NCBI RefSeq assembly: GCF_009914755.1
Contig: NC_060947.1
Origin: the human T2T-CHM13v2.0 reference genome, Homo sapiens
Length of the DNA: 64,000 bases
Reading direction: 5' to 3' (one strand)
This document shows positions 59,066-64,000 of this stretch, in pieces. Positions within the stretch are counted from its first letter, which is position 1. Every line of letters begins with the position of its first letter. The translations under genes were made by a program, and so were the position numbers. The notes below the pieces were generated by a model. The model did not search any database, was not told where the DNA came from, and saw only the letters and a list, made by a program, of their open reading frames with translations.

Positions 59066-59129
59066 CTGAACCAGGATTTATGTTTAATTGTATTTATAAA
59101 ATAAAATTATTGAATTAGGAAAATAAATG

Positions 59130-60312
59130 TCAGATGGGAGATAGGACTAACTTTCAGCTCCCACTTGGATGAACAGAACAGCATGTGGAGACCGACATCG
59201 TAAACATTTGCTCCAAGAACTACCGCAGGAACATACTAGGAAAACTAAAAGAATTCACAGACCCTTTAAAAGAATTGACTTGCTGCTGCAAATTCCATGA
59301 GACAGCCAAAAAACTGAATGCCCAAAGTGTGAGAGAAGGAAAGTACACCTACGAACACCCATCCTCACTGGGGAACCTGAAAATCCACATCACAGGAGAA
59401 GGATTTAGCCTTACCTAGAGCTGAAATGAATCTAGAGAGATGAGTGAAATATAAAAGTAGAATAAGCAACAAGGAAAGCCCTGTAGGCACTCCTGGTCCC
59501 CAGGGATGCTCAGGGGAGCCATTTCTGACTTTATCTCACAGGGATCTTTGGGGAGGACTGCCAGTAGAACTGGGGAAGGACCACAGGGATAAGGAAACTT
59601 CTAGCTAGACTTTGTAATAATTTTGACTGAGCAGAAATTTTTCTGGGCAGAATGTAGTGGGGTCTAAGGGGGCAAATGGGAAGTGCAGATATTAGCACAG
59701 AAGCCACAGCAGGCAGGGAGGGGTGAGGCCAGAAAGCCCTGCTTGCTTTCTCAGTGGGGAGGCTTGTATCCTGGGCCAAGATCTCAGCCCTGCTCACTGG
59801 CTGCCTGGATATAAACTCTGTGCTTGTTGGTGGGGCACAGTGGGAGTGAGACTGGCCTTGCTGGCTGCATGGGAGGTGGGTGAGGCCTTTTACTACAAGC
59901 TTTCCCCCACTTCCATGGTGACCTGTATGATGCAGCAGAGGCAGCCATAATCCCCCTGGGAACATAACTTCATTGGCCTGAGAACCACACCCCCATCCCC
60001 CACAGTGGCTGCAGCAAGCCCCGCCCAAGGAGAGTCTGAGCTCAGACACACCTAACACTGTCCCCACCTGATAGTCTTTCTCTACATTTCCTGGTAGCCA
60101 AAGACAAATGACATAATCTATTGGGAGCTCTATGGCCCTGCCCATTGCCTGAAAAACCCTAATACTTATCCAGTTGGGTACAGTGTACACTGCTCAGGGG
60201 ATAGGTGTGCCAAAATCTCAGAAATTTCCACGAAAGAACTTAATCCATGTAACCAAACACCACCTGTTCACACAAAAAAAACAACTATTGAAATACAAAA
60301 TAAAATAATTAT
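59130..60312 (+). mobile_element. Internally deleted L1PB: about 1 kb of 5'UTR joined to about 135 bp of 3' tip
   Basis: 5'UTR is homologous to the reverse complement of 14461-15242; tip is homologous to the reverse complement of 13140-13250. Confidence 0.85.
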
Positions 60313-61196
60313 TCAGCAAAGGTGCCTTTCTTTTGGTGTACACTAGTATGAGTTTTAACACATGTACAGGTTCATGAAACTACCACCACAATGAGGATAC
60401 AAAACAGTTTTATCTGCCTAGAAAACTCTGTCATGCTAGTCTTTTACTCTTACACCCTCTGTCAGTTATTCCATCACTATGTTTTGTCTTTCCCAGAAAG
60501 TTGTATACGTGGAATCATACAATATATAATCTTTCAAGATTGGTCCGTTTCACTCAGCAAAATTCTTTGGAGATTTATCCATATTGTTGCATGTCCATTC
60601 CTTTTCATTGCTGGGTAGTATTCCACTGTATGGATGTACCACTGTTCGTTTATCCATTCATCTGTTAATGGTCATTTGTATTGCTTTTGATTTTTGGCAA
60701 TTATCAACAGAAACTCTATAAATATTAATGTGCAGATTTTTGTGTGAAAAACAATTTTCTTTTCTCTATGAAAAAATCTTAGGAGTTGGATTGCTGGTTC
60801 ATATGGTAAGTGTATATTGAACTGTACAATAAATGGCCAATTCATTTTCCAGAGTACCTGTACCATTTTGCATTCTCATAAGTGATGTATGAGAACTGTA
60901 GTTTCTCTACATCCTGATTGACACTTGCTGTTGTCAGTATTTTTTATTTTAGTTAGTCTAATAGATACATAGTGGTATCTCATCATGGTTTCCATTTGAA
61001 TTTCCCTAATGGCTAATAATGTTGGATGTCATTTTATTTTAATTAATTAAGCCATTTGCCATTCATCTTCAGTGAAGTATCTGGTCAAGTCTTTTGCAAA
61101 TTTTTATATCAGATTGTTTTTCTTACTATTGAGCTTTGAGAGTTCTTTATACATTTTGTATATAAGTCTTTTGTCAGATATGTGATTTGCACTTTT

Positions 61197-61495
61197 TTTT
61201 TTTTTTTGAGACGGAGTCTTGCCCTGTCACCATGGCTGGAGTGCAGTGGCACGATCTGAGCTCACTACAAATTCCGCTTCCCAGGTTCACATCATTCTCC
61301 TGCCTCAGCCTCCCTGAGTAGCTGGTACTACAGGCGCCTGCCACCACTCCCGGCTATTTTTTTTTTTTTGTACTTTTAGTAGAGACAGGGTTTCACTGTG
61401 TTAGCCATGATGGTCTCGATCTCCTGACCTTGTGATCCGCCTGCCTCGGCCTCCCAAAGTGCTGGAATTACAGGTGTGAGCCACCATGCCCAGCC
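61197..61495 (-). mobile_element. AluY-like
   Basis: TSD gtgatttgcactttt. Confidence 0.95.
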
Positions 61496-62571
61496 GTGAT
61501 TTGCACTTTTTATCTTAGTTTGTAGCTTATCTTTTTATTATCTTAATAGTGTGTTTTGCCAAAGACTCTTCTATCAACTTTAAATTCAATAAAGTAGACT
61601 TTCTTTTATAGATTATATTTTTGGTATCATATCTAAGAATAATTTATAATAACACAAAACAGATATAAAATTACTTAGGAATAGTGTCCCTTGAATAATT
61701 TTAATAACTTTATTGAGGCATATTTTGCATATCATGTAATTTGCTCTTTTAAAGCATACAATTCAATGATATTTTAGAACCAAATTTACCAAGTTCTGCA
61801 ACCATCATCATGAATCAGTTTTAGAACCTTTTTTATCACCCCAATATGATCACGTCTATATATATTTACTGTTATCTCCATTGACCCCTAAACCTGCTCT
61901 AGGAAACCACTAATCTACTTTCTCTGTAGTTTTTCTGGCACCATTTACCTTTATTAAAAAATCTTACATTGTGGGAAAAACATATAACATAAAATTTACT
62001 GTTTTAACCATTTCTAAGTATACAGTCCAGTAGTATTAATTATATTCACATTATTGTGTGACCAATTTCTAGAACTTTTTCATCTTGCAAAACTGAAACT
62101 CTATACCCTTTAAACAACAACTCCCCATTTCACCTTGTCTACCAGCTCTTGGCAACCAGCATTCTGCTTTCTGTTTCTATGAATTTGGCTTCTTTAGATA
62201 CCTCTTATAAGTGGAATTATACAATATTTGTCTTTTTCTGACTGGTTTATTTTACTTAATGTAATGTTCTCAAGGTTCATCCATATTGCAGCATGTGTCA
62301 GAATTTCCTTCCTTTTTGAGGCTGAATAATATTCACCCTTAAAATAATATTGTATGAATATATCACATTTTGTTTATCCATTCATCTATCAATAGACACG
62401 TGGGTTGCTTCTACCTTTTAGCTATTGCAAATGATTCTGCTATGAACATAGGAGTACAAATATCTCTTTGAGACTCTGTCAGCATCATTATTTTGAAAAG
62501 ACAATATTGTCCCCATTAAATGGAATCTTCACCTTTGTTAAAATCAATTTACCATATGCACATGAATCTAA

Positions 62572-62956
<385 letters not shown>

Positions 62957-63682
62957 TAATATTTTAGTTTTATAGCGTGTCTTAAATTTGGGTTCTATGA
63001 GTCTTCTAAATGTGTTTTTTCTCCAAAATATCTTTGGCTATTTTAGTCCTTTGCCTTTTCACATAATTTTAGAATCAGCTTGTCTATATTTACAAAAGAC
63101 CTAGTGGGATTTCATTAAATTTATTTCTTAGGAGACATCTAAACACTCTTTCACCTAAAGACCTTTTGTGGAGTCTTTAAATCCAAGAAAATTTTATGTC
63201 TCTCCATTTATTTAGGTCTTCTTTGATTTGTTTTATCAAAATTTTGTGTTTCCAAGGCCTCATTGCACAGCAAAATTATCTGAAGTGTTTGTAAACTACA
63301 GATCTGAGGTATTACCTGGGAATATGTATTGTTAACAAACACTCCTGGTAATTCTGATGAAACAGATCCACAGAATGGTAGGCTGAGAGGAGTTTTACTT
63401 CTCTAGTTAGTGTCTCTGTATTAAAATCTACAGAGAATAGTTTTCTTTCAGCCTTAGCACCAGGAAAGGTTTATTTCTTCTGAATATCTAATATGCAGTT
63501 ATAATATGGATAGTACAAGTATGTAAACTTGGCATGTTGACTTCTATTTTCTTTGTTGGCTTCTAGTTTTTATCTTTATATCGGAAGGGTAAGTATTTTT
63601 TGCCATACAAGATTATTATGGGACTCATATGATAAATATTGACTGAGCACTTACTGTGTGCCAGACACTTTTTATAGACATA

Positions 63683-64000
63683 TAGGCATACCTCAGAGAT
63701 GTTGAGGGTTAAGTTCCAGATCACCTTAATAAAGTGAATGTCACAATAAAGCAAGTCACACAAAGTTTTTGGTTTTCCGGTGCATATAAAAGTTATGTTT
63801 ACACTGTACTGTAGTCCATTAAGTGTGTAATATCATTATATCTAAAAATGTGCATGTCTTAAAAACACTTTATTGCTAAAAATGCTAATGATTATCTGAG
63901 CCTTCAGCAAGTTGTAATCATTTTGCTGGCAGAGGGCCTTGCCTCATTGTTGACAGCTGCTGACTGATCAGTGTGGTGGTCGCTGAAGGTTGGGGTGGCT
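63683..64000 (+). mobile_element. Tigger1 5' end, runs off the window
   Basis: TA + (c>t)aggcatacctcagagat...gtgcatataaaagttatgtttacac. Confidence 0.88.

Noticed and set aside
59531-60190. Longest ORF (219 aa, minus strand)
   Set aside because: Antisense read of a GC-rich L1PB 5'UTR with no recognisable domain.

Overview
Repeat-dense, AT-rich primate (human-like) non-coding DNA. I can support no intact protein-coding gene, RNA gene or CRISPR array, and the longer listed ORFs are L1 ORF2 debris, Alu or LTR read-through. The window opens with the polyadenylated 3' end of a probable processed pseudogene, which from memory resembles the ST13 3'UTR. It then holds about 17 Alus, layered L1PA/PB/MA/MB fragments (nearly all on the minus strand), a complete non-autonomous MER61-type provirus (4-bp TSD, tRNA-Arg PBS, env remnant, nested LTR22-like solo LTR), a complete MST (MaLR) element, solo LTRs, MIR/L2 and DNA transposon fossils. 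I found no evidence of a new biological system. The most unusual signals are fossil templated or captured insertions: (1) a 51-bp exact copy of proviral sequence filling an L1 deletion 16.6 kb away; (2) an 80-bp inverted local copy with a fold-back end inside an MLT1 LTR; (3) a 190-bp GC-rich orphan inside a THE1 LTR. Two rearranged L1PB elements are also notable. Repeat subfamily names come from recalled consensus sequences, not from a search, and boundaries of old repeats are approximate.
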